A DNA stretch of 64,000 bases from an uncultured delta proteobacterium (GCA_963737905.1 CAVTUQ010000019.1:96001-160000); one strand, 5' to 3'. Positions 1 through 10,032 are shown, counted from the stretch's first letter. Notes: generated by a model from the sequence alone, not told the origin. Numbers and translations: made by a program.

Positions 1-1280
1 AGACGCTTCTCTATCTCCCAGCCGAACAGAGTTGGGTACCGATCCATATCTCCATAACCCAGCCGGTTCTGTGCTTTGGGGCTTTTTGATTTTGAGTTCT
101 AAAGAAATTTTCTCTCTTCCTGGGAAGGCACAGGATGAAGAAACTTCATGAAGAATAAGATCATCACTCTCGCGCTTGGCGCTTTGCTTTTGGCATTTTG
201 GTCCTTCGCTCAGGCGCAGCAGGCGAAGAAAATCCCTCTGATAGGGTATCTATCGCCGTTCGATCCAGTTGCTGAGTCCACCCGTTCCGAGGCAATTCGG
301 CTAGCTCTGCGCGAGTTTGGCTACATAGAAGGACAGAACATCGCCATCGAGTACCGATATTCGGAGGGTAAGGTCAATCGGTTCCCTGAGCTTGCGGCCG
401 AGCTGGTGCGTCTCAAGGTTGATATCATCTTGGTATCAGGAGGGGACAGGCTGATCCTGGCGGCCAAGAATGCGACCAAGACGATTCCCATCGTTATGAC
501 AGGCGGTGGGCTCGATCCTGTTGAGGCAGGCCTGGTTGAAAGCCTTGCCCGTCCCGGCGGCAACGTCACCGGCATTACAAACCTTACCGGAGAACTAGGC
601 GGTAAGCGGCTGGAGCTGCTCAAAGAAGCCGTTCCCAAACTTGCCCGTGTTGCGGTTCTCTACGATCCGACCGGGCCGTCCAATGTACGCGAGGTGAAAG
701 AGGTTCTCCCAGTCGCGGCGCGTGCGCTGCGGTTGACTATTCAGCCTTGGGAGGTACGGGCTGCGGACGGTTTCGAGAAGGTATTCGCTGCGCTAAACAA
801 GCAGCGTCCGGATGGACTCTACGTGTCCGGAGGCCCGCTAATGAATGCTAACCAAAAAAGGATCGCGGACTTTGCGTTAAAGAGCCGATTACCGGTGATG
901 TACCAGAGGAGAGAAGCTGTAGATGCCGGTGGGCTCATGTCCTACGGGGCGCATAGCAGGCAGGTGTCAAGAGGCACAGACATTCCTGTGAGAATATTTC
1001 TTATTCCCTTTTTCAACCCTCGCGGGAATGTGTGATATCCTGATTTGACGCGCCCCTGTTTTCAATCAGCTGGTGTCGGATCCCGCAGGTCCGCACCAGT
1101 CACCCATCAGGTTCAAGGCTTTGGGAGCTGTCCTCTACGGACAGCGATCTCCCGCCCCTGGCAATCTTGATTGCCCCAGAAAACTATCGGTACCACGCCG
1201 CGTCCAAGGTTATAGGATCACAGATCCACTGGCTCTCCCTGTTCGGGGGCCAACCCTATGGTGGCTCACGGCATGGGTAT

Positions 1281-1400
1281 AAAAAAAGATCACAGCACCA
1301 CCGAGTTGTCGATATGTAAAGGGACGGGACAGCGGCCAAATCGGACCATGTGGTTCTAAGCCAACCCCGTGTCAGGCTCACTATCCCATCCCAGCCGTTA
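1281..1400 (-). ncRNA. Putative bridge/seek RNA of the IS1111-type element
   Basis: Lies just 3' of the transposase stop. A 12-bp stem (1381-1392 with 1321-1332, two G-U pairs) encloses ACGGGG (1365-1370) and GGUCCG (1342-1347), which match opposite strands of the reconstructed target. Donor-like UAUCG and UGCUGUG follow, then U7 (1281-1287). Boundaries are estimates. Confidence 0.65.
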
Positions 1401-1410
1401 AAGTGCTCTC

Positions 1411-2429
1411 TCAGGCAAACGCCTTGGTGATATCAAACGCCACCTGATCTTTGATAATGTAGTAGCAAGCCCGGGAGAGCTTGTGCGCCACTGCTTTGAT
1501 GGCCACAATCGCGTGGCTCTTGGATTTCTTTTTCTGATAGAAGCTTTTGATTCTCGAATTAAAGCGGATCGCAAAGTTGGCGGCCTCCACAAACGCCCAG
1601 GCCAAGTACTTGTTGCCATTCTTGGTATTGCCGGTTCCTTTACGTTTGCCGTTGCTGATTTTCTGACTCCCCACACAGCGACAATACGACGCGTAATTTC
1701 CGACACTGGCAAATCGCTCGATCTCTCCGGTCTCCAGCATGATCGTGAGCGCCAGGATCGGCCCGATCCCAGGTACCGTCTTTAGTAACCTTGAACTCAG
1801 GGCGCAGCTTGACTCGCTCCTGAACGGTTTTCTCCAGGATCTCGATCTGGGCATCAGCGCTGTTCATGACCGCCAGATTGGCTTTGAGCGCTAGGACCAG
1901 ATCCGGGTCGGGCAAGACTCCATCGACGCGTTGGATATTGAGCGCTTTGATGTACTTGGCGCTGATCTATGTTCCCCGTGGTGCGGCTTATCAGACTCTG
2001 GATACTGAGAAGGTTGGCCGTCCTCTGATGCACGAGCTGCCCCCGCTTGCGCAACAAGTCCCGCACCGCTCGCTCTTCTTTCGGATAAATGTAGCCCTCG
2101 GGTAAAACCCCCAGCCGCAGCAGATGCGCTAGCCATCGCGCGTCACTGTGGTCATCGGTATACTTCAGCCCATTGTATTGCTGGATTGCCGCGGTGTTCG
2201 CAAGATGAAGTCGGTAGCCCTTCTCCATCAGTCCATCGACCAGCCAGTACCAGTTATAGGTAGATTCCACCACGATACCCTCAAGCGATCTGCGATAGCT
2301 CGACAGTTGCTGCGCGATCAACGAAAGATCGTTCGGCAAGCGCTTTTGATACACCACTTGATCTTGCTCGTTGATCACCACCGTCACGTTATTGGTGGAA
2401 TGCAAGTCAATTGCTCCGTACAATTTCAT
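1411..2429 (-). CDS. IS110-family transposase/recombinase (DEDD RuvC-like + C-terminal serine domain), two +1 frameshifts near 1970 and 1790
   Basis: Motifs GAIDLHS, VVESTYNWYWL, KYTDDHSDARWLA, then TVPGIG, YCRCVGSQKISNGK and AIKAVAHKLSRA across three overlapping frames. Confidence 0.9.
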
Positions 2430-2832
2430 CTCGGTTCCTCCTTTGAGTGGGTGTGGGGTTAGCTTACCCGCACCTTACTGCCTCTCGAAGGAGCCTGCTA
2501 GATGATTATCGGACCTCGCGGCCAGCTACCGGCGCGTCGCATATTACGTGGACAGAATCCTGAAGGGAGCCAAGCCCGCCGACCTGCCGGTCGAGCAACC
2601 GACGAAGTTCGAGTTCGTGATCAATCTCAAGACGGCGAAGCAAATCGGGCTGACGATTCCGCCGAATGTGCTGGCGCGAGCGGACAGAGTGATTCGATGA
2701 CCAAACAATCGAAAATCCAAAATGAGAACGCGGGAGCACAGGGATGAGTAGATGCACGTAAGTGATGAGCGGTAAGAAGTAAGGCGACGAAATTTAGGAC
2801 TCGGCTTGCCGGCTTTGGTTTAGGAGGTAGAA

Positions 2833-3780
2833 ATGAAAAAGAACTTTGTGACCTTGCTCGCACTTTTTCTTCTCCAGACCTCGGTTCATGCGGCGGACAA
2901 GATCAGGATCAGCACGCCAGCAGACGCCGCGCATTTCACCATGCATTTGGCGCAGAAAAAAGGCTTTTTGAAAGAGGAAGGCTTCGACGCGGAGTTGATC
3001 GTGATTTCAGGTCCGGTGGCCAACGTCGCGCTCAGTAACGGCGACACCGACTATTTTAGCGGTTTTGGCTCTGCCCTGCGCGCAATCCTGCAGGGGTTGC
3101 CGCTGCGGATCGTTGCCTGCTACCGGCCGACCCCACATTTCATGCTGCAGAGCCGGCCTGAGTTCAAAACTGTCAAAGATCTCAAGGGCAAGACCATCGG
3201 AGTCAGGGCATTTGGCGGAGGCCCTGATCTGGTCGGGCGGCTGATCATCAAACACTTCGGCCTCGATCCGGACAAGGATGTGAAGTGGGCTGTCGCGGGT
3301 TCAGACGAAGGCCGCTACATCAGAATGCAGCAGGGGTTGCTCGATGCCACGATAGCCACTGTTCCCACCGACTACCTCGGCAGGAAGATGGGCTTTCCGG
3401 TCATCGTGCGGTCGGAGGAGCTCTTTACCTATCCCTTCAGCGGCTTGACGACTCACATCAGGAAGATCAAAGAGAAACCGGACGAGGTCAAGCGAATTAT
3501 TCGGGCGGGAATCAAGGCCAATCGCTACATGAGGGAAAATCGTGATGGAACTATCCCGATACTGATGAGCACTTATAGGATCGACAAAGAGGTTGCCACT
3601 GCGGCCTATGATTCTTTTATCAAAGGCTTCAACCTCGACGGCAGCATGCCGGAGGACGGCTTCCGCCGGCTTCTTGACGACACCAAACGGCTTATGAAAA
3701 TCGATCGTGAGGTCGGGTTTAGTGAAGTCAGTGATTTGTCAATTCTTCGAGAGGCACAACGGGAGCTGGGAATCAAATGA
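2833..3780 (+). CDS. ABC transporter substrate-binding protein, NMT1/TauA-like
   Basis: Signal peptide, motifs KGFLKEEGFDAEL and VKDLKGKTIGV, AGGAGG RBS. Confidence 0.85.
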   Translation: MKKNFVTLLALFLLQTSVHAADKIRISTPADAAHFTMHLAQKKGFLKEEGFDAELIVISGPVANVALSNGDTDYFSGFGSALRAILQGLPLRIVACYRPTPHFMLQSRPEFKTVKDLKGKTIGVRAFGGGPDLVGRLIIKHFGLDPDKDVKWAVAGSDEGRYIRMQQGLLDATIATVPTDYLGRKMGFPVIVRSEELFTYPFSGLTTHIRKIKEKPDEVKRIIRAGIKANRYMRENRDGTIPILMSTYRIDKEVATAAYDSFIKGFNLDGSMPEDGFRRLLDDTKRLMKIDREVGFSEVSDLSILREAQRELGIK

Positions 3781-3795
3781 CCTTCTGATTAGGTG

Positions 3796-3838
3796 ACAGT
3801 GAGCAGGGGGCAGAAAAGCAGTAAGCAGCAAAAACAGG
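3796..3838. repeat. Degenerate heptamer tandem repeat (GCAG-based)
   Basis: acagtga gcagggg gcagaaa agcagta agcagca in an intergenic region. Confidence 0.45.
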
Positions 3839-3917
3839 ATTGGGGGACACCGGTGAAGAATTCGGATTCGCGACGGGAAAGGATAGCCTAAGGTAATAGA
3901 TAATACAGGAGGATGGC

Positions 3918-4922
3918 ATGAGAAATTCTCGTCTGCAGTTAGTCATTATTGCGATAGTCTTTGGCATCGTCGTGGGGTCAACACGAGGGGTAGAGGCAAA
4001 GTCCTATACCGCCTACATCTCCGATGGTCCAGACACTTCCATAGCTTATTGGCTGGCGAAAGAGATGGGGTTCTTTAAGAAACATGGCTTGGACATGGAA
4101 CTAATCTTCATCGACGGCAGTAGTCGCGGTGTCCAGAGCCTTATAGCGGGAGACTTGAGCTTTACGGATGCCGTGGGAACTTCCGCGATCAATGGCCGGC
4201 TGGCTGGCGGGGATATCGCGATCGTAAGTAGCCTGGTCAATACGCTTCCGTATTACATCATTGGCAAGCCAACGATTAGATCGCCGCAGGATCTTAAAGG
4301 GAAGTCCGCTGCCGTGCACATCCCCGGCACATCGGCAGACTTTGCCATGCGCCTTGCGCTGAAAGGCGTCGGTCTTTCTTATAAGGACATTCAGGCCATC
4401 ACCGTCGGGGGCGCCCCGGCGCGCAACGCGGCCGTGATCACGGGCAGGGTGGACTTCACGGTGGCGACCGACTCGGGAAAATTAGAAGGAGAGAAGGCGG
4501 GCCTTAAGGTCATTATAGACATGGCCAAGCTCAAAATCCCTTTTCAGTTTTCTTGCACGGTAACCACGGGAGGGATGATCCGGCAAAATCCTGATATGGT
4601 TCGCAGCATGGTAAAGGCCCTGGCCGAGGCGGTGCACTATTATAAAACCCAGAAAGAAGATGCGATCAAGGTCATGCAGAAATATACCCGTGGACAGAAT
4701 CGGACTGCCCTCGAGGGAACCTATTCCGCTTACAGAGAGCTTCTGGTCGAGGATGGCTATCCCACATTGGAAGGGCTTAAGAATACCTTGGAGATCCAAG
4801 CGTCGTTTGATCCCAAGGCTACCAAAGCCAAGGTAGAGGATTTTGTCGATGTCCGTTTCGTCGATGAACTGAGAAAGAGCGGGTTTATTGATTCACTCTA
4901 TAACCGTGAGCGGGCAAAATGA
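3918..4922 (+). CDS. ABC transporter substrate-binding protein, NMT1/TauA-like
   Basis: Signal peptide, GFFKKHGLDMELI, QDLKGK, C-terminal VDELRKSGFIDSLY. Confidence 0.85.
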   Translation: MRNSRLQLVIIAIVFGIVVGSTRGVEAKSYTAYISDGPDTSIAYWLAKEMGFFKKHGLDMELIFIDGSSRGVQSLIAGDLSFTDAVGTSAINGRLAGGDIAIVSSLVNTLPYYIIGKPTIRSPQDLKGKSAAVHIPGTSADFAMRLALKGVGLSYKDIQAITVGGAPARNAAVITGRVDFTVATDSGKLEGEKAGLKVIIDMAKLKIPFQFSCTVTTGGMIRQNPDMVRSMVKALAEAVHYYKTQKEDAIKVMQKYTRGQNRTALEGTYSAYRELLVEDGYPTLEGLKNTLEIQASFDPKATKAKVEDFVDVRFVDELRKSGFIDSLYNRERAK

Positions 4923-5117
4923 TCACCTATCCTGAGTTTCATAAGCTCACCGCGACACAAGCGAGCAAGACCTCGGCCCAGCAATAAAAAGTTTTCACGG
5001 TCGTCTCGATGGCCGTAGACCTTCACCCCGTTTTTCCTGTACTCTTTCCTGAAGCTCAAGCTCGCCGATAAAACAGCGAGTTCTGCGGTAAATTTCCAAA
5101 CCTCTGGGGAGACAATT

Positions 5118-6713
5118 ATGGGTTATTTCAAGGATCTGAGAGAACATATCGCGGCGTTGGATGAAGCGGGTTTGTTGGTCAAGATCGACGAGCTGATCAA
5201 CAAGGACACAGAGTTGATGCCGTTGGTGCGGTGGCAGTTTCGCGGCCTATCGGAGGAGGAACGGCGGGCGTTTATGTTTACGAACGTGACCGACGTCAAG
5301 GGGAAAAAGTACGATATTCCTGTCGTCGTCGGAACGCTTGCCGCATCGCGGCAGATCTACGGCTTTGGGTTGCAGTGCAAACCCGAGGAGATCGTCGATC
5401 GTTGGAACAAGGCACAGAGTAATCCAATTCCGCCGAAGATCGTCGAAAAAGCCCCGGTTCAGGAAGAAGTTCATAAGGGATCATCTCTGATGGATAAAGG
5501 GGGTCTGGGCGAATTCCCGATTCCCATCTCGACCCCCGGGTACGATTGCGCGCCGTTCACCACGGCCTCGCACTGGTTCACCAAAGATCCGGAGACGGGT
5601 CTCATCAACATCGGCAACTACCGCGGCCATATCAAAAGCCCGACCAGAACCGGTGTTTTTCTCAGCTCCAGCAATCATGGTGGCTATCATTGGCGCAAGT
5701 GCCAGGAGCGGGGGATCCCACTCCAGGCCGCGCTGGTCATCGGCGCGCCGCCGCCGGTATCTTACACGGCGCCAGCACGTATACCGTTCAGCGTGAGCGA
5801 ACTCGACGTTGCCGGCGGGCTCGCCGGCGCGCCCATCGAGGTCGTGAAGTGCATTACGAACGATGTGCTGGTTCCCGCCAATGCCGAGATCGTCATCGAA
5901 GGAGAAATATCAACTGAGTTTCTGGAACCTGAAGCCCCATTCGGCGAGTCCACGGGTTACATTGCCGAGCGGCTGCTCAATCCCTACTTTGAAGTAAAGT
6001 GCATCACGCACCGAAAGAACCCGATCTTTGCCACCATTATCAGCCAAATGCCACCCAGCGAATCGAGCGTGATGCGCCAGGTGGCTGCGGAAGGAAATTA
6101 TCTCCGATTCCTACGAGACCAGTGCAATATTCCAGGCATCGTCGAAGTGGCTTTTCACAGCATCGCCGTCCGTCAGATCTGCGTCATCAAAATGAAAAAG
6201 ATCAATCAGGCCCATGTTTGGCAAGCCTTGCACAGCATGGTGGGTTACAATCCCGCTACGGGTAAGATGGTGATTGCCGTCGATGAAGATATCAACCCGC
6301 GGAATTTGGACTCTCTATTCTGGGCGCTGGCCTTTCGCATGCAGCCGCATCGCGATGTTTTGATCATTCGCAACCGTACGCCCCAAATGGATCCGTCAGC
6401 TTTCCCGCCAGGCAGGGAACTGGAAAATTCGTTGGACGAAATCGCCGGCTGCTCTGCGATGCTCATTGACGCCACGCGTAAGTGGGACTATCCGCCGGTG
6501 TCGCTACCGAAGAAAGAATTTATGGAGCATGCTAAGCAACTATGGGAACGTCTTGAGCTGCCCAAACTCAAACCGCAGGACCCGTGGTTCGGCTACAATC
6601 TCGGCCTGTGGTCCGACGAAGACGAGGAAGAAGCGCAGCTGGCCTTGAAAGGCGAGCACTATCAGACAGGGGAAAAGCGGGCGCAGCAGCGGGTGCCGGC
6701 AAAGAGGAAATAG
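5118..6713 (+). CDS. UbiD-family prFMN-dependent (de)carboxylase
   Basis: DLREHIAAL N-terminus, NIGNYR, VPANAEIVIEGEI, EAPFGE, AVDEDI, LIDATRK. Confidence 0.92.
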   Translation: MGYFKDLREHIAALDEAGLLVKIDELINKDTELMPLVRWQFRGLSEEERRAFMFTNVTDVKGKKYDIPVVVGTLAASRQIYGFGLQCKPEEIVDRWNKAQSNPIPPKIVEKAPVQEEVHKGSSLMDKGGLGEFPIPISTPGYDCAPFTTASHWFTKDPETGLINIGNYRGHIKSPTRTGVFLSSSNHGGYHWRKCQERGIPLQAALVIGAPPPVSYTAPARIPFSVSELDVAGGLAGAPIEVVKCITNDVLVPANAEIVIEGEISTEFLEPEAPFGESTGYIAERLLNPYFEVKCITHRKNPIFATIISQMPPSESSVMRQVAAEGNYLRFLRDQCNIPGIVEVAFHSIAVRQICVIKMKKINQAHVWQALHSMVGYNPATGKMVIAVDEDINPRNLDSLFWALAFRMQPHRDVLIIRNRTPQMDPSAFPPGRELENSLDEIAGCSAMLIDATRKWDYPPVSLPKKEFMEHAKQLWERLELPKLKPQDPWFGYNLGLWSDEDEEEAQLALKGEHYQTGEKRAQQRVPAKRK

Positions 6714-7309
6714 TGCCAACGAGCCAGACCATCTACGTCGATATGGATGATGTGCTGTGCGAAACAGCGCGTGGTTGCCTCGAAATCGTCGAACGCCTAT
6801 TCGGCAAACGGGTAGATTATGAGCAGCTAACAGATTTCGACCTTGGGAATTCCTGCGAGCTGAGTGCCGAAGAAACCGCCGCTCTATACTATATCGTCCA
6901 TCATCCTGACGAGCTGCTGAAGCTGCAACCCGTGGACGGAGCGATTTCAGTATTAAGTCAGTGGATTGCGGCCGGATTTGAGATTGCGATTGTCACCGGC
7001 CGGCCCCCGGCGACGTATGAACCGTCCCTTGATTGGTTGGCACGCGAGCAAGTACCGTATCATTCATTTACCGTGGTCGATAAATATCGACGGTTTACAA
7101 CCGAGAAAACTATTGCCGTCTCGTTGTCGGAATTGGCGGCACGGCAGTTCGTATTTGCAGTAGAAGACTCGGCGACGATGGCCAGGTATCTGGCTGAGGA
7201 AATGAAAGTTCCCGTGAAATTATTCGATCGGCCGTGGAATCGGACGGCTGTCGAGCATCCCAAAATTACGCGTCACAATCATTGGTTCGAGATCGCCGAA
7301 TTGCTTTGA
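6713..7309 (+). CDS. HAD-family 5'(3')-deoxyribonucleotidase-like phosphatase
   Basis: GTG start overlaps the UbiD stop (TAGTG). HAD motif I DMDDVLC, plus VTGRP, VEDS and FDRPWNR. Confidence 0.8.
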   Translation: MPTSQTIYVDMDDVLCETARGCLEIVERLFGKRVDYEQLTDFDLGNSCELSAEETAALYYIVHHPDELLKLQPVDGAISVLSQWIAAGFEIAIVTGRPPATYEPSLDWLAREQVPYHSFTVVDKYRRFTTEKTIAVSLSELAARQFVFAVEDSATMARYLAEEMKVPVKLFDRPWNRTAVEHPKITRHNHWFEIAELL

Positions 7310-7339
7310 AACGGCGCATATCAAAGGGTCGCATGGGGG

Positions 7340-7870
7340 TTGAGTCCTGTGCAACTTTCTATTCGCCAAGCCACAGCCCGGGATACCGACGCGGTGGCGG
7401 GCATCTTAAGGGAAGCCGCCCGCTGGCTAGAGGAGACTGGAATGCCGATGTGGCGTGACGACGAGTTGTTGCCGACTTCGATCGCTGCCGAGGTTGAATC
7501 AGGGCTATTTTTCCTGGCTGAATGTGACGGCGAAGCTGCGGGCACAATCAGGTATCAGCTTGAGGACAGGTTCTTCTGGCCCGATGCACTTCAGGATGAC
7601 TCGGCGTTCATTCATCGACTCGCTGTCAAGCGACGTTTTGCTGGCAGCGAGATTTCTTCGGCGCTGATTCTTTGGGCCATCGCACGTACACACGCGCTCG
7701 GCCGGCGCTATCTCCGCTTGGATTGTGAAGCAGCGCGTATGCGCCTGCGAGCCGTCTACGAGCGCATCGGATTTCGGTTTCACAGCAACCAGCAGGTCGG
7801 GCCCTACTTCGTCGCCAGATATGAGTACGACGTAACGGAAATTTCTCCCTTAACATGGACACCGAAATGA
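7340..7870 (+). CDS. GNAT-family N-acetyltransferase
   Basis: IHRLAVKRRFAG, LRLDC, LRAVYERIGF. Confidence 0.85.
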   Translation: MSPVQLSIRQATARDTDAVAGILREAARWLEETGMPMWRDDELLPTSIAAEVESGLFFLAECDGEAAGTIRYQLEDRFFWPDALQDDSAFIHRLAVKRRFAGSEISSALILWAIARTHALGRRYLRLDCEAARMRLRAVYERIGFRFHSNQQVGPYFVARYEYDVTEISPLTWTPK

Positions 7871-7932
7871 ACAGTGCGGTGGTTGCTGCGGCGGCAAGCG
7901 CGGCTGGGAAGTGAATCCAAGAACGACTTTAA

Positions 7933-7958
7933 CCACGAAGGCCGCGAAGAGCACGAAG
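7933..7958. repeat. Three-copy 9-mer intergenic repeat (CCACGAAGN-like)
   Basis: ccacgaagg ccgcgaaga gcacgaag between convergent genes. Confidence 0.5.
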
Positions 7959-7985
7959 TTTGCAATCCACGGATATAGAGGAGGA

Positions 7986-8969
7986 TTACCGCGCTAACTC
8001 TTTCAACGCTTCGTCCGCCAGAGAGTTGTCCACGACCATCTCGGCGGTAATGTTGGGGGGTATTTGTTTGGCGCTTTTCTCGATGTCTAGCAGCGTCTCG
8101 ACGCCTTCCAGCGGAACTCTTCCGTCGCGGCTGAAGGCGTCGACGACGACGTCGTAAGACTCCCGCGCCAACTTTTCATCCATGTTAAAACGTTTGCGGA
8201 TCACGTCAGTCGTGCCCGCCGGATTGGCACGGACGAAACGCAACGCTTCGATTTCACCGCGCAACAGTTTGCGTGCTTGCGCGCGGTTTTTGCCGATCTT
8301 ATCAAGCGTCGTTCCGAGGCCCGAAAAGGGGAAATTCAAGAGCTCGCCTGTATTCGCTAACAGAGGAAACCCTTCGCGCCTGAGAATCACCGAAAACGGC
8401 GGTGCGACGACTATGGAGTCGACGCGGCCGATTTTGAACGCTTCGTACATGACTTTTTCATCGCCGATGGCGAGGATCTTGACGTCTTTGTCGGGATCGA
8501 GGCCATAGTGACGCAGAGTGAGTCTCGTGCTGACGTAATTGGTTCCGCCAATGGCAGTGACTCCGATCGTGGCCCCTTTGAGGTCTTTAATGGTCTTGAA
8601 TTTACTATTAGCGACGAAGCTAAAAAATGGCGCTTTGATGCTCGTCGAGATCGCTCGGACCGGAGCGCCTTTGGCGGCCGAACGGATGATAGATCCGATA
8701 AGCTCCACATAGTCGATATCGCCGCTCAGCAGGGCAGCCATGGCGACGTTGGGGCGCACCTGAATGAGTTCGGCTTCTATGCCATGCTTGGTGTAAAAGC
8801 CGCGATCCTTTGCGACGAATGGCACCAAAAAGGCCAAGGAGTTGGAGGCGTAGGCGATGCGCACTTTCTCGGCTGTCTGGGCTCGAGAATCAACCGGAAC
8901 GATGAGCAGAGCCGCAATGAGAACGGCTAAAAGGTGCAACTGACAGATTTTGCTTTTCATGAGCTTCAA
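7986..8969 (-). CDS. ABC transporter substrate-binding protein, NMT1/TauA-like
   Basis: Signal peptide, GFYTKHGIEAELI, IKDLKG. Shares GLDPDKDVK and PFSGL with 2833-3780. Start may be the ATG at 8960. Confidence 0.85.
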   Translation of the reverse strand: MKLMKSKICQLHLLAVLIAALLIVPVDSRAQTAEKVRIAYASNSLAFLVPFVAKDRGFYTKHGIEAELIQVRPNVAMAALLSGDIDYVELIGSIIRSAAKGAPVRAISTSIKAPFFSFVANSKFKTIKDLKGATIGVTAIGGTNYVSTRLTLRHYGLDPDKDVKILAIGDEKVMYEAFKIGRVDSIVVAPPFSVILRREGFPLLANTGELLNFPFSGLGTTLDKIGKNRAQARKLLRGEIEALRFVRANPAGTTDVIRKRFNMDEKLARESYDVVVDAFSRDGRVPLEGVETLLDIEKSAKQIPPNITAEMVVDNSLADEALKELAR

Positions 8970-9970
8970 TTTTTTGGCGGACGGCCGTAGAGTTTGTCGA
9001 TGAAGCCGGACTTTTTGATTTCTTCGATGATGCTCGTGTCCATGAGGCTTGCCGGTTTGACGTTGCGCGCGTTGGGATGGGTCAGCGAATCAAGAGCTCC
9101 TTGAATGCCATTAGCCTCCGGGACAGGATACTCCCGCAAGCTTTTGGCCAGCCGCTCGTGGAGATCTTTCTGAACCGCCGGTTCTTTGATGCCTTCTTCT
9201 TCGAAGATCGAGTAAACAAGCTTGGGCCGGGTCTTGAATAAGTAGATCCCTTCAATAGTCGCCTGAAGATATCGCCGCAGCGTTTCGCGTTGAGTCTTAA
9301 TCATGGACAGCGGCACAGTTCCGCCGAAGCGCGCATAATCCAAAGGCAATTCCGAGAGGTCGATCAGCACTCGGCAGCAGCCGGTGGCAAGAATCTTGGC
9401 GATATTGTCCGGGCTGATCAACGCCGCATCGACATGGCCCGCGACCAATGCCGACATCCGCGTGGGCGTGTTGCCGGATTGGAGGATAGTGACCTCCTTC
9501 TCGGGATCGATTTTCCACTGACGTATGACCATCCGGGTCACGATGTCCGATGCCGAGCCTATCCGGCTTACGGCTACCCGTTTTCCCCTCAGTTCTTCCG
9601 GTTTAGCGATATCTTTCCGGGTGACGAAAATGTGTTCGAGCCGGTTAAATGTAATGCTGATGACCTTGAGATCCATGATCCCCGAGACAGATAGACCAAG
9701 CATGGCGGGCACGTCGGAGTCGGAAAGATTGATGTTGCCGCCCGCTATCGCCTGCGTCAAAACGCTGCCGCTGTTAAAATAAATCGCTTTGACGTTGACG
9801 CCGTACTTATCCCATAGTTTTTCCTTCTCGATGACACGGCGGAGATCGGTGCTGATCCCCGCTCCGCTGTAGCCCATGACGATGGAATTTGATTGCGCGA
9901 GAACGCGGTCAATTCGCGGCATCAACATTGCGGCGCAAATGGCTAGTAAAAGAAAAATGGTCTTTTTCAC
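8966..9970 (-). CDS. ABC transporter substrate-binding protein, NMT1/TauA-like
   Basis: Probable GTG start at 9970 before a signal peptide. Motifs EELRGKRVAVSRIGS and EEIKKSGFIDKLY. Confidence 0.85.
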   Translation of the reverse strand: MKKTIFLLLAICAAMLMPRIDRVLAQSNSIVMGYSGAGISTDLRRVIEKEKLWDKYGVNVKAIYFNSGSVLTQAIAGGNINLSDSDVPAMLGLSVSGIMDLKVISITFNRLEHIFVTRKDIAKPEELRGKRVAVSRIGSASDIVTRMVIRQWKIDPEKEVTILQSGNTPTRMSALVAGHVDAALISPDNIAKILATGCCRVLIDLSELPLDYARFGGTVPLSMIKTQRETLRRYLQATIEGIYLFKTRPKLVYSIFEEEGIKEPAVQKDLHERLAKSLREYPVPEANGIQGALDSLTHPNARNVKPASLMDTSIIEEIKKSGFIDKLYGRPPKN

Positions 9971-10032
9971 GTTTGACTCGGGACGATTATACCTCGCCCC
10001 TCTTTCTGTCCCTGGGAGAGGCTTAGAACCAT

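Larger units (their letters stand above)
952..2511 (-). mobile_element. IS110-family insertion sequence, IS1111-type layout
   Basis: CG core present at both junctions (950-951 and 2510-2511). Sub-terminal inverted repeats TAGCAGGC (954-961) and GCCTGCTA (2493-2500). Short 5' end and ~460-nt non-coding region 3' of the transposase. No target-site duplication beyond the core. Confidence 0.9.
148..2700 (+). pseudogene. ABC transporter substrate-binding protein (ABC_sub_bind type), split by an IS110-family insertion into 148-951 and 2512-2700
   Basis: Signal peptide and motif GLVESLARPGGNVTG. The frame ends at ...GGLMSYGA (951) and resumes at 2512 as [62 protein letters not shown]-stop (2700). 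Joining the halves at the CG restores one frame. Confidence 0.93.

Noticed and set aside
952-1035. C-terminus of ORF 148-1035 (HSRQVSRG...)
   Set aside because: Read-through into the IS end. The real C-terminus is at 2512-2700.
1411-2429. Programmed frameshifting in the transposase
   Set aside because: Not a known IS110 feature, no slippery heptamer, and similar indels occur across the window.
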